Below are positions 1 to 11,469 of a stretch of 64,000 nt of DNA, piece by piece. The notes below the pieces were generated by a model. It saw only the letters and a list, made by a program, of their open reading frames with translations, was not told the origin of the DNA and ran no database searches. The position numbers and the translations under genes were made by a program. The stretch's first letter is position 1; each line of letters begins with the position of its first letter. Source of the DNA: Octopus vulgaris. Taxonomy: Eukaryota. The stretch spans positions 53,754,001 through 53,818,000 of the forward strand of contig OX597827.1 in assembly GCA_951406725.2 (NCBI GenBank). The letters are read 5' to 3'.

Positions 1-2399
1 GGCGGTCCTGATGGTCCTCGAGGACTTTCTTGCCGAGCTGCGTGCCTCTCGGGGTCGGATACTGAGTCTTGCGAAGGGCCGATCACGCCTGTGGAGGTAA
101 TGGAGGCTATGGCCGACTGTAAAGCGGGTAAGTCGCCGGGAATTGATGGTCTTCCGTACGAGCTGTATAAATGTATGCCAGACTTGTTCGGGCCCTACTG
201 GATGATGTGCACGCGAACTGACAACAGAATGGGTTTATCCCCAGACCTGTGCGCCGAGGAGTAGTGACGTTGGTCAGAAAGGACCCGGACAAGAGGGACG
301 TTTTAGATAACATCAGGCCCATCACTCTGTTAAACGCAGAAGTGAAGATTTAGGCCATGATCTTAGCAAAAAGGTTGGCGCGTGTCGCGAATTGTATAGT
401 CGAGAAGGCACAGACATGTGCCATTGCAGACAGAACCATCCAGGATAATCTCTACCTTATTCACTATACCATAGAGAGGGTTGGTGATAAATCTGGCAAA
501 GGTAGGGCATTGGTACATTTGGCCCAGTCTAAAGCTTTTGATAGGGTTGACCATCGATACCTGACGACTGTGCTTGCGCGGTTCGGCCTAGGTCTTGGCT
601 TCCTCAGGTGGTTTATCACTTTGTATCACAAGATTGACTCGATAGTTCGGGTGAACGGTTTCCTTTCGAAGCCGTTCTGCATCAGGCGCTCGGTTCGTCA
701 AGGATGTCCGCTCTCACCACTTTTGCATGTGGTGACTCTCGAAACCCTACTGCGAAGGTTGAGTGGCATCCCGAGAGAACTAGGTTTAGAGGAGTTTGTT
801 ACAGCTTATGCGGACGATATCACTATCAGCGTAACCACACTAGCAAACCCACGTGAAGTGGGTAAAGCTATTGAGGTTTATGAGACGGTGGCAGGAGCAA
901 AGATTAACCGGGAAAAGTCAGTCGGCTTGCAACTCGGCACCTGGGTTGGCAAGTTGATGCCTTCAGACAGTGTTGTTGGGCGCTGGACAGAGGGACCGGT
1001 TAACTTGCTGGGAGTCTGGTTTGGACCAGGCCTCCAGATAGAGAAGAAATGGACGGAGGTTTCGAACAGGGTGGCTGCAGTTGTCAAGACCTGGTATTGG
1101 CGGTGGCTATCCTTAAAAGGGAAGGAGGAGGTGGCCAATATGTTTATCGCATCGGTCATTACTTACCGCCTGACAGTCGTGCCCTTTCCGGATTCATGGT
1201 TGATCAAGTTGGAGAGACAGCTCTTTCGCTTTTTGTGGGAGGGCAGGTTGCGACTTGTGAAACGCTCCGTCTGTTGTCAAAAGCCGTTAAAGGGAGGTTT
1301 AGGGATACATTGGTTAATGATGCGCAGGCATGCGTTGAGGTTGAGATATCTCTGGATTCTCCTGGCTGGTGAACGGATGTGGTCTTCACTGGCCAAACAA
1401 AAGTTCCACGAGTTCAAAAATGTTTGCAAACAGGAAGCCTGGTGTTTTCGTAGACCGAGGTCGAGTGAATGACATAAAGAGTACCGTAAGGCCCTCCTGC
1501 TACTCCGGCGCTCGGGCAACGCCAGCGGTGGGGGCTCTACACGAATTTTAGATATTGGGTTGGTAGAGTCTGGATGTGACGATGGCCTGGAGGCGACTCT
1601 AGGTCTCGGGTTTATTCAACTGGATAGCCTGTTCCATTGTACATTCGGGTTGAGAACGTTGGACAACTTCCAAAAGTCTTTGACCTGGCGATGTTACAGA
1701 GGTGCCTTGCCCGTTTGGGATAAGACATGGTAAACGTCAGTCTCCGACCTGTCCAAGATGCGGGGGAGACAGGGAAACCGTCCCTCACGCTATTGTCCAG
1801 TGTCCGGAGATATCTGAAATGTGGGTTTAAGCTGAACACCTGTTGTCCGGCGAAGGAAGAGTACGGCTGTTGACTGAGTCAATTATAAAAATTGACCCAC
1901 CGGAAGTTTTAACAAGCGAAGGTAAGGATTATTTTCTCACGGTTGTAGCAATAGGGAAAGAGGCACTATGGAAGACTAGGATAAAAGGGATTGAGACAGA
2001 TAACTTTATCTCCGGCCACTATTTACGATTTTTTTTTTTTTTTTACTTTTCATTTGGAAAGGAAGGTGTGGCTGGAGAAGAGGTCTCTGTCGGAGAGTAT
2101 GTTCAAAAAGAGATGGAAACATGTTGCACGAGTGTTGTGCGTGCAAGGAACCGTGTGAATAGGCTATAAAAGAAAAACAAAAAAAGTACCAGCGATAGAT
2201 CGGGGCTTGTGGGGTCGGAGCGTGGCCTCATCATCGCTACATTTGTGTTGTCTGTGTATTGTTAATTTCATTCGATTTAAAAAAAATTTTAATATAATTC
2301 TTATATTCATATTTTATGTAAAATCATAACATATTACTGATCCCAATCAGTTGTTTTGTCCATTTCTGTGTTTGGCCCCCTGTGGGCAATAAAGAAATT
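1..2399 (+). mobile_element. Tx1/L1-clade LINE, 3' part (RT, C-terminal Cys/His motif, 3' UTR); decayed
   Basis: ORF 357-1472 has RT motifs KAFDRVDH, VRQGCPLSP, AYADD and GGLG. Upstream frames give KSPGIDGLPYELY and IRPITLLN. CPRC...ET..H...QC lies near 1750-1803. Stops and frameshifts are present. Ends in GCCCCCTGTGGGC-AATAAAGAAAT. Confidence 0.9.
357..1472 (+). pseudogene. Reverse transcriptase fragment of the Tx1/L1 LINE ORF2
   Basis: 371-aa ORF with QGCPLSP and YADD motifs; premature stop at 1472 while homology continues downstream. Confidence 0.88.
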
Positions 2400-2557
2400 G
2401 GTATTTCGTCTGCTGCTACGTTCTGGGTTCAAATTGCGCCGATGTTGATTTTGCCTTTCGTCGTTTCGAAATTAAGTACCAGCTGCGTACTGGGGTCGAT
2501 CTAATCGACTAGCCCCTCCCCAAAATTTCGGGCCTTGTGCTTAGAGTAGAAAAGAAT
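2400..2557 (+). mobile_element. SINE family A, 3' part of a copy interrupted by the Tx1 LINE
   Basis: Starts at GGTATTTCGTCTG, an internal position of the SINE-A head; has B-box-like GGTTCAAATT and the family's GCCTTTC..AAGTACCAG..CTGGGGTCGAT core. Confidence 0.8.
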
Positions 2558-2623
2558 ATAGGTACATAAAAACACAGAAGCATTTCAAGAGGAATAAGTT
2601 AGAGATAACTTATTATCGTAACC

Positions 2624-2778
2624 ATAGGCGGACCCAGGGGGTGCCTGAGGGGTACGTGCCCTACTCAAGAAAAGAAGTGCGCCTTTCTAAATAATGTTAT
2701 TGAGCCCTTTTTCTCCTGGAATTGTATTCCCTTCTGACCTTGTGCCCTTCCTTCGAAAAATTCCAGGGACCGCGCCTG
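2624..2778. mobile_element. Short non-autonomous DNA element (MITE-like)
   Basis: Imperfect terminal inverted repeats AGGCGGACCCAGG ... CCAGGGACCGCGCCTG. Confidence 0.45.
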
Positions 2779-4479
2779 GTAAGTGTACATTCTTACCTCA
2801 AAATGTATTGTCTATTGAGTGAGGGGTGGTGGTGGATGAGCATTACTAGGAGTATGAGGAACAATATTTACTATTTTATAATTCATTATCAGGAACATCA
2901 GCTTGAGGATGAAGAACGTATCCAAAGTTGTTTCTTGTTTCTGATGCATCATCTCTTTGTACAGCTCAATATTGGAACATGTTCACGATTTAGATCATTA
3001 TCAAGCAAAATGGACTTGCAGTCAATTTGGAGTCAGTTGGATTTTACTGCGAACTAAAACTGTATCACAATCTAAGCGTGGTGGGTTTTACCTACTACTC
3101 TATAATGTTTAGTATACTCAGAAAATATTGATCACTTTTTAATTGATGCTGCGCAAATTTGATAACTGTAGTATAGTAAAATGAATCGAATATTTTTTTT
3201 TTTGTATCCCATACACTATTGTAATAAGAAGAGTCAATTACTTAAAACTTTTGGTATCAGAAGTATCCAACAACGGATGGCTATTCCGCTTGATTTCAGG
3301 AAGATGTAAAATGATAGATTGACGAGCATATCTTTTCCGTGGTCATTAGCGCTATACATCAAATGGCTATGAACGGGAATCGAACTAAGATTGCAATATA
3401 GTACTGATACTTATAACACTAATGCCGAAGAGATAAAAGATAACATCCCAGTCGGCAATATTTCAAGTCAGAATCTAGAGGAACGAAACTAAACATAGCT
3501 AAGCATTTGTTTAATCTGTTGCTCAGATATTAGTAAAAACCTTGAAGTGATTGAAAAACCATGTTTTGTAATGGCCATTATTATACTTCCAAAGTAGCCT
3601 TAACGGCTTCAAAGAGATGTCTTCTGGAAAAAAATATATATTCATAAATAAATCTCTCCCACTGTTTGTAACAACCAATTTCTGCTAAATGGAAGCCTAC
3701 CATAAACAGAATGGATTTATCTGCAATGCAACCCATAAATATAACTGCTATAAATATGTATTAAAATAACCCATGCATTAGATTTGAAGATAAAACAGAA
3801 AATAACTAGAGAATGTCAATATTGAGAAGCTGCTTGTTAGGTCGAAACATGAATAAATAGATAAATATAACTAAGAAAAACGATTACTCATATTCCTCGA
3901 AAATTAATATTTTAAGAAATTCAAATTTGGGAGTTGCAATCGTAGTAATATGAAAGATTTTTTTAAAAAAATATTTGCCGTTTACTCGGGTGAAATCAAT
4001 ATTTATAAATTTCCTTTAGCTGAAACATAATCAATAATCCCTGGGTGAGACTAACTTCATGCATTCGCTTTTGATGAGACATTAAAACCATGTTTATTAG
4101 TTGATATTTGTTGCTTCTGTTCCTGTTGTTGGTGTTATTATTATTATTATTGTTGTTGTTGTTTTTGTTATTATTTGGTTTAGTAGTTAAATTGAATTAA
4201 TTTCTTTTGGCTCTTTATTTTTGGTTTTTTTTACACCAGAGCAGAGAAATCTATGGGTGGAAATGCTGGGCTCTGTTTGAGCAAAAGAAATACAACTTCA
4301 GATTCATAATTTGCAGGCTAAATTACATTTTTCTGTTGAAAGGGAGAAAGCAAAGAATTTCAACATTTTATATAGCTTGGTAGACTGCATCGCTGCGATT
4401 TGGGTAAAAAGTTAAGATTTTCTTTCGCTTAACTCTTGTATACCGTAAGAACTCATTTAACCTCTCCAACTCGAGCGCT

Positions 4480-5290
4480 TTATTTGCCATTAACGCTTAT
4501 TACAAGGCCAGTGAATTGGCAGCATCGGTTATGTAACTTTTTTTACTTTTTCTTCTTTTTAAATTATTTTTTTTTTCTTTTTTTACATTCTGAGTTCAAC
4601 TCTTACTTAGATCAAATTTCCATTTCATTTTCCTCGACTCGGTAAAGGCGTCGAGCTAGCAGAATCGTTAGTACGCCGGGCGAAATGCTTAGCCGTATTT
4701 CGTCTGCCGTTACATTCTGAGTTCAAGTTCCGCAGAGGTCGACTTTGCCTTTCATCCTTAAGGATGAATTGTCCAGCGGTGGGGGGGGGGGGTGAGCAAA
4801 CGCAAAGACAAACAGTTACACACACATAGCTTCTTTCAGTTTCCGTCTATTAGATACTCTCAGAAGGTTTTGGTTGGTCTGGGCCTATTAGTAGAAGAAA
4901 CTTGCCCAAGTGCCAGACAGTGGGATTGAACCTGGAACCATGTGGTTGGGAAGTAAACTTCTTACCACAAAGCCACACCTGCACCTTTTAGTTCGGAAAA
5001 AAAAATTGGAGAAATGTTCTTGGTAGTGGTGCTTCTAAATCAAGACAGTGACAAATTAAGCACCAGTTATGCACTGGGGTCGCTATAATCGACTTAATCC
5101 CTTTTGTCTGTCCTTGTTTGTCCCCTCTATGTTTTGCCCCTTGTGGGCAATAAAGAAATAAGAATCGTTAGTACGCCGGACAAAATGCCTAGCAGCATTT
5201 CTTCCGTCTTTACGTTCTTAGTTCGAATTTCACCGAGGTCTATTTCACCTTTAATCCTCCCCAAGTCAATAAAATAAGTACCAGTTGAGT
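4480..5290 (+). mobile_element. Nested SINE-A cluster, including a Tx1-tailed copy (4680-5160) with a 19-bp duplication
   Basis: AGAATCGTTAGTACGCCGG at 4661-4679 and 5161-5179; tail GCCCCTTGTGGGCAATAAAGAAATA ends at 5160. Confidence 0.8.
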
Positions 5291-5294
5291 AATA

Positions 5295-5783
5295 CTGTGT
5301 AACACGATTTTTGTCCTTGGGTAGCAACTGTTATTTCCTATTTGCTTACCCCAAGGAAATAAGAAAAATGGCTAATATTTCCTTCAAACTTTGCTTTTGC
5401 TACGTTTATTTAAAACTCAAAGAATCCCTCTCAGTACGTGACTACGATGCTCCCCCACTATGCCTGCTCATAATTAGAGATGCACATATTGTCAGCCACT
5501 AAGGGACATGTTCAAGTGGTTAATGTCAAGTAACTGAAAAGCAACTCTGTGGTATTGAACAGAATATTTGCTGTATCAATGTTTCTGCTTCAATAACTCA
5601 GCTATGAATCTGTCTGAAATGTAACGGAAAATAGGTTGGTTTCAAAATATGTATGTCTATGGCACAAAAGCAAAGTTTGAAGGGAATAGTAGTCATTTCC
5701 TTTGCTTTCTAGATAGAAGCAAATAAGAAATAACATTTACTGACTAAAGACAAAAAAATTAAAATGTAAAACTTGTTACACAG
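5295..5783. mobile_element. Tc1/mariner-type MITE with long imperfect TIRs
   Basis: TA|CTGTGTAACA ... TGTTACACAG|TA. Inverted similarity extends about 100 bp (CCTTCAAACTTTGCTTTTG vs CAAAAGCAAAGTTTGAAGG). Confidence 0.7.
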
Positions 5784-5814
5784 TATTATTGCTGTTTTTT
5801 TTTCTTTTCTTTTA

Positions 5815-6460
5815 TATCATTTCTACTTCAGGCACAAGACCTGAAGTTTGAAAGAGGGGAAAATTCGATTGCATTGACCCCAGCACGCAACTGGTATTTT
5901 TTTCATCCACCCCGAAAAGGAAGCAAAGCAAAGAGGACTTTGGTGGAATTTGAACTCAGAAGGTAAAGACAAACAAAATACAGCTAAAGAATCTTTTGCT
6001 CGGTGGGCTTAACAATTCTGACAGCTCGCCGCCTTAATTGCGATTTTTAATATCTTTTCCATTATTGACAAAAAGCCTGAAATTTGGGTGGGGAGAGCCG
6101 AGTCGATTACATTGGTGCTTATTTCATCGACCCAGAAAGGATGAAAGTCAACGTAGGTGGAATTTGAACTCAAAACATAAAGATTGAAGAAATACGGCAA
6201 AGCATTTTATCCGACGTGCTAAAGAATTGCCATTTTTAATATCGCCAACATCCGGCGAGCTGGTAGAATCGTTAACACACCGGGTAAAATACTTAGCGGC
6301 ATTTCGTCCATCCTTAAGTTCTGAGTTCAAATTTCGCCGAGGTCAACTCTGCTTTTCATCCACTCGGAGTTGATAAAATAAGTACCAGTTGAGTACTAGG
6401 GTCGATGTTTTCGACTTACCCCTAACCCCGAACTTTCAGACCTTGTGTCAAAATTAGAAG
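5815..6460. mobile_element. Cluster of SINE-A copies in both orientations
   Basis: Repeated GAATTTGAACTCA / TGAGTTCAAATT and GGCGAGCTGG heads. Confidence 0.75.
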
Positions 6461-6576
6461 CAATTTTGCCATCATCATTGTTGTTGCCAATATCACCACC
6501 ATCCCGAACATCATCAATGTTCGTTTTTATCATAGCTGTCAATATTGCTGTTAGAAAATTGCGCGTGAATAAATTC

Positions 6577-6936
6577 CTTTTATCTTTTACTAGCTTCAGT
6601 CAAGTGGCCATGCTGGGGCACCGCTTTGAAGGGTTTAAGTCGAATGAGTCGATCCCGGTTCTTAATGTTTTTAAAGGCTGGTACTTTTTTTATCGGTTTC
6701 TCTTTGCCGTTAACAAACCACCAATTGTCCAGCGGTGATGGGGGAGCAAACGCAAAGACAAAGAGTTACACACACATAGCTTCTTTCAGTTTCCGTCTAT
6801 TAGATACTCTCAGAAGGTTTTGGTTGGTCTGGGCCTATTAGTAGAAAAAACTTGCCCAAGTGCCAGACAGTGGGACTGAACCTGGAACCACGTAGTTGGG
6901 AAGTAAACTTCTTACCACAAAGCCACACCTGTACCT
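6577..6936 (-). mobile_element. SINE family B (tRNA-derived head, central microsatellite)
   Basis: Reverse complement of the head TGTGGC..TGTGGTAAGAAG..GGTTCAGTCCCACTG and the tail CCAGCATGGCCAC..TGACTGAA. Confidence 0.8.
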
Positions 6937-7104
6937 TCTAGTTCGGAAAAAAAATTGGAGAAATGTTCTTGGTAGAAGTGCTTCTAAATCAAGACAGTGA
7001 CAAATAATTTCGAAGGTGCGAAACAATTCAGCTTTAAGCATAATTGAGATTAAAAATATGACAACTTACGGTAAAAACCTTTTGTATCTAACTTGCACTT
7101 TGTC

Positions 7105-7378
7105 AGCTACGACCACAACTGTTCCAGTTGATCCGATCAATGGAACAGCCTATTCGTGAAATTAACGTACAAGTTGCTCAGCGCTCCACAAACACGCGCA
7201 CCCTTAACGTAGTGCTCAGGGAGATTCAGTAAGACATAGGATATAACAAGGCTGGCCCTTTGAAATACAGGTACAACTCATTTTTGCCAACTGAGTGGAC
7301 TGGAACGACATGATATAAAGTGTCTTGCTCAAGACCACAACGCGCCGCCGGGATTCGAACTCATGACCTTACGATCGG
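7105..7378 (-). mobile_element. SINE family C (tRNA head with CORE-like domain), 5'-clipped
   Basis: Matches the complete copy at 35841-36173 (TTGTG.TCTTGAGCAAGACACTTTA; GTTCGAATCCCGG). Confidence 0.75.
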
Positions 7379-7555
7379 CATTTCGTCCCGTCTTTATGTT
7401 CGAAGTTCAAATTCTACCGAGCTCAACTTTGCCTTTCATCTTTTTGGTGATCGATAAAATAAGTACCAGCCGAACAATATAGGGTCGATATAATCAACTT
7501 AACCAATCCCCCGAAATTACTGTATTTGTGCCAAAATTTGAAACCATTATTATTT
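7378..7555 (+). mobile_element. SINE-A copy with (ATT)n-type tail
   Basis: GTTCAAATT..GCCTTTCATC..CGATAAAATAAGTACC..GTGCCAAAATTTGAAACCATTATT. Confidence 0.75.
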
Positions 7556-7777
7556 CAATTAAAACAATTCCAAAATTTATAATAACGTCAATGGGCTATG
7601 TGCATTTATATAGGTATCTGTGTGGAAAAGGAAATAAATGCATATATTAGTTAGTATGTTTCTAATATGCAAATATATGTCGTTCCTTTTTCTGCAAATG
7701 AGCATGCGATATACATTCGTGTACGTATGTTTATTTCAAAAATCCCTGTTCTTTTTCTAATAATTATCACCCACAAC

Positions 7778-8199
7778 GGATCTTTTTGGTTTGAACAGCA
7801 GTTTTTTTCTAGCGGTGTCATATGAAATTGTCACCCATAATTATGACCCTAGTATCGATCTATTGCATTTCAATCTGTTTTAGGGTTAGGGTTAGTTAGG
7901 GGTGGGGGGAAGGGTATCTTTTTTCTTCAGAAATGTAAATAAACCTAATTTGTTTCTTAAACGAGGGACATATTCATACGGCACAGAATGTTTTCACCTC
8001 AAATAGACGTCATTGATTGGTTGAAATTGCAGAAATTGAAGAAGAAAAAACAACAAATATCTTACAAACTATAGAATTTTCTTAATAAAGCCAAGAGAAA
8101 AAGATGTTTTATAAACACATTCTACCAGTATACGTAGTTTAAAAGTGTTTAGTTACGTGGAAATTATTTTAAAAACTGCCGTTCAAACCGAAAAGATCA
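7778..8199. mobile_element. MITE with ~28-bp TIRs, 8-bp TSD and internal TTAGGG repeats
   Basis: GATCTTTTTGGTTTGAACAGCAGTTTTT ... AAAAACTGCCGTTCAAACCGAAAAGATC. Flanks are CCCACAAC (7770-7777) and CCCACGAC (8200-8207). Confidence 0.8.
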
Positions 8200-9165
8200 C
8201 CCACGACTTTGATGGGTGATAATGAAGAATGAAGAAGGACTTTCAATACCACTTTTGCTTGTTTCAGTTGAAATATTCCGGTCCGGTCCGGTCCCTTCAA
8301 ATGTGATTTAGTTCAGCCATTGTGAAGTTTGCTTCGGCCCGTCGTCTCCATTTCTATCGAAGGGCAATCTATCTGTTCAAGTCACAGATTGAAGGCAGTT
8401 GAAAGAGCAGATAATTTTATTTAGATCGCTTGGTTTTGAATTAGAAAGTTGTTAGTGGTTAAGATTTGTTTTTAAAATGACATAAAAGACCGGCTGGCCT
8501 TTTCAGTGTATACATTCGATAGCGTTCATTAACGCTTCAAAGAGCATCAACAACAACTGTCACGTCAAACAATGTACCACAGCAGTAACAACTAGCATGC
8601 GATTAAACAATAGCAGAACATCATCAATAACAACAAGGAGGAGGCAGAGGAGCAATGGGTGTAGAACTGCAGCTAAATCTCCCTCGAGCCACATTTTTCA
8701 GTTTTAAATAAAGGAGTAGGCATTGGACAAAGTAGTTCCTGGTGTGTGCAAACACAGCTGGTAACAGCTGGAACCACCTTTGATCATGTCAGCCCATTCG
8801 ATCAGGGCTGACATGGAATTGAACTACAACAATATCAACAATAGCAACAATATCAATCGTAGCGACAATATCAACAACACAACAGCGACATGTTGCAAAC
8901 AAAAACAGTGGCAATAATAACTACTACACTAACAAAAATAAGTGGTTGTATTTATCTTCTGTCTAGGTAACATTTGTGACAGAACAAGAACAGCAACAAC
9001 AATGATTGTTTGCTGAAAGTACCCATGGAAATTGCGTGGTTAACTTGAAAACTGTAACATGGTTGAAAGTTTAGAGAATTATGAAATAGTAGCAGTAATA
9101 CCCATCGCTCATCGGGAGCCACATTCAACGTATTATTATATATATAATTTACTCGTCCTGTATCA

Positions 9166-9570
9166 CTTTTACTTGTTTCAGTCATTTGACTGTGGCCATG
9201 CTGGAGCACCACCTTTTAGTCGAGCAAATCGACCCCAGGACTTATTCTTTGTAAGCCTAGTACTTATTCTATCGGTATCTTTTGCCGAACCGCTTAGTTA
9301 CGGGGACCTAAACACACCAGCATCGGTTGTCAAGCGATGTTGGGGGGACAAACACAGACACACAAACACGCACATACATATATATATACATATATACATA
9401 TATACAACGGGCTTCTTTCAGTTTCCGTCTACCAAATCCACTCACAAGGCTTTGGTCGGCCCGAGGCTATAGTAGAAGACATTTACCCAAGGTGCCACGC
9501 AGTGGGACTGAACCCGGAACCATGTGGTTGGTAAGCAAGCTACTTACCACACAGCCACTCCTACGCCTAT
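9166..9570 (-). mobile_element. SINE family B, full-length
   Basis: Head (rc) AGGAGTGGCTGTGTGGTAAG (A box) and GGTTCAGTCCC (B box), central (TA/TG)n, tail GCTCCAGCATGGCCACAGTCAAATGACTGAAACAAGTAAAA. Confidence 0.9.
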
Positions 9571-9877
9571 GTGTGCATTTTTATTAGAGAAAAATATGTA
9601 ACAGTTGAAGTTAAAGAAAAGATCAATTTCATGCGTGAATTTTGTTTGTTATATGACAATAATAAGTGAGTTGTATGTGTTATTTATGGCAATTGTATAA
9701 TAATGTTAGAAGAGAAAAAAAACATTTAATGATTGAAGTAGCAAAAAGATCAATTACATACATGAATTTCTGATAGTAATAAATGAGTTGTATGTGTTAT
9801 TATATTTATCAATGCAGTAATAGCAATTATATAATGCAGTTCATTTAAATTGGTAATTTACTCATTCTTGAACCTAA

Positions 9878-10040
9878 TGACAGTACAGTTCTATATTTAA
9901 GAGATGAGGAATTATTTTCATTATTTACATTATTTACATTTGACGGGTATTTGTCCTCATCTTACTCTCCAGCCTTCATCAGGTGTCTTGGGGAAATTTC
10001 GAACCTGGGTTCTCATTCCTAAGGCATTTTTCGATGTTTT
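9878..10040 (-). mobile_element. Probable PLE terminal-repeat relic with the 5' half of a hammerhead motif
   Basis: Minus strand reads CACCTGATGAAGGCTGGAGAG (about 9985-9965); the GAAA half is absent. Adjacent to (TA)n. Confidence 0.45.
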
Positions 10041-10117
10041 GTTGTTGTTGTTGTTGTTCAATATATATATATATATATATATAAATATATATATGCATAT
10101 ATATATATATATATATG

Positions 10118-10382
10118 CCATGATAGATCGTTAGCTACCACACGCATTTTTTTCTCTCCTTGTTTCTCCCCTTGCTTTTTTCTGTGTATCTTCCTGTCGA
10201 AGAGCGTAGGCTCGAAACGTAAAGATTTTTCTATTCTGAGCGCTATACATTAGTATAGCGCTCAGAATAGAAAAGTCTTTTACGTTTCGAGCCTACGCTC
10301 TTCGACATTTGTTTGGAGTACAAACAAACGTTTGTTTGTACTCCACCTGCCTTCGTCTTTTGCTTATTTTCGTAAACTTTCC

Positions 10383-10386
<4 letters not shown>
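10118..10386 (+). mobile_element. Solo terminal repeat of the PLE family seen at 16.9-18.6 kb, with a fold-back rearrangement
   Basis: Shares GAAGAGC.TAGGCTCGAAACGTAAA, CTGAGCG and CTTCG.CTTTTG with rc of 16930-17100; (TA)n on both sides. Confidence 0.7.
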
Positions 10387-10430
<44 letters not shown>

Positions 10431-10578
10431 GCATATATGCACACCTGTACATACATATGTATGTATAGAGGTATGCATATATGGGTACAAATCGTCACGA
10501 AACATGTATACATGCATACCAGAATAAAGGCATATATTTACACACATATATATACGCATAAACATATTTATATATATT

Positions 10579-10630
<52 letters not shown>

Positions 10631-11207
10631 ATATAAAATTAAATAAATTTTATTAAGAAAATTTAAATATTAAAAAATTATATATATTATATATATATAT
10701 ATATTATATATATTTAATATATAGTTATATAAAGGGGTGGTGGTGGGGGATTTTGGGGTAGGCATAGCGCAAAATATATATGGGGGATGGTCAAGGATCA
10801 GTGGTAAATTAGATAAAAGAATAAATAAAAAAATAAAAAAATATATATAAAAAAGAATAGAGTTTTAGGTAAATAAGGAGATTCTCACTTATACCTATAC
10901 ACATATGTATACATATATAACACACATACATACATATATACATACACACATACATACACACACACACATATACATATATATACACATACACATACATATA
11001 CATATCTACACATACACATATATATATATATATACATACACTCACTCACATGCATACACGTATACACACATGTATATATACACAAAGACCACACATACAT
11101 ATACACACAGAAAAATATATATACATACACACATACACACATGCACACACAGCACACTAGTCCCTTTACACATATATACACATACACACATATATATACA
11201 TACACAT

Positions 11208-11240
<33 letters not shown>

Positions 11241-11290
11241 CATATGTGTACCTATACATACCTACACATACACACATATATATACATACA
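10386..11290. repeat. (TA)n / (CA,TA)n compound microsatellite with AT-rich spacer
   Basis: Direct inspection. Confidence 0.9.
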
Positions 11291-11469
11291 AATACAGACC
11301 CATTCCCTAATTTTAATTTTATTTTTCCGTGTTAATTGTTAACAAGGTAAAAATACACTCATCTATTTATATATATCATTTATAACATCATTTTCTGAAT
11401 AGTTTACCAGAGGAGGGTGTTTCTGGTAGTAATGACAATTATCCTGATATTTTGCTGTAGAGAGCGCTA

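Noticed and set aside
2797-3060. Minus-strand GAG|GTAAG donor and nearby 111-aa plus-strand ORF
   Set aside because: No sustained open frame into the donor and no recognisable protein motif.
7880-7902. TTAGGG repeats as a telomere or fusion site
   Set aside because: Only two to three units, inside a TIR/TSD-bounded element.
9059-9587. Recurrent ORFs such as [24 protein letters not shown]
   Set aside because: Chance frames in SINE-B copies; not a gene family.
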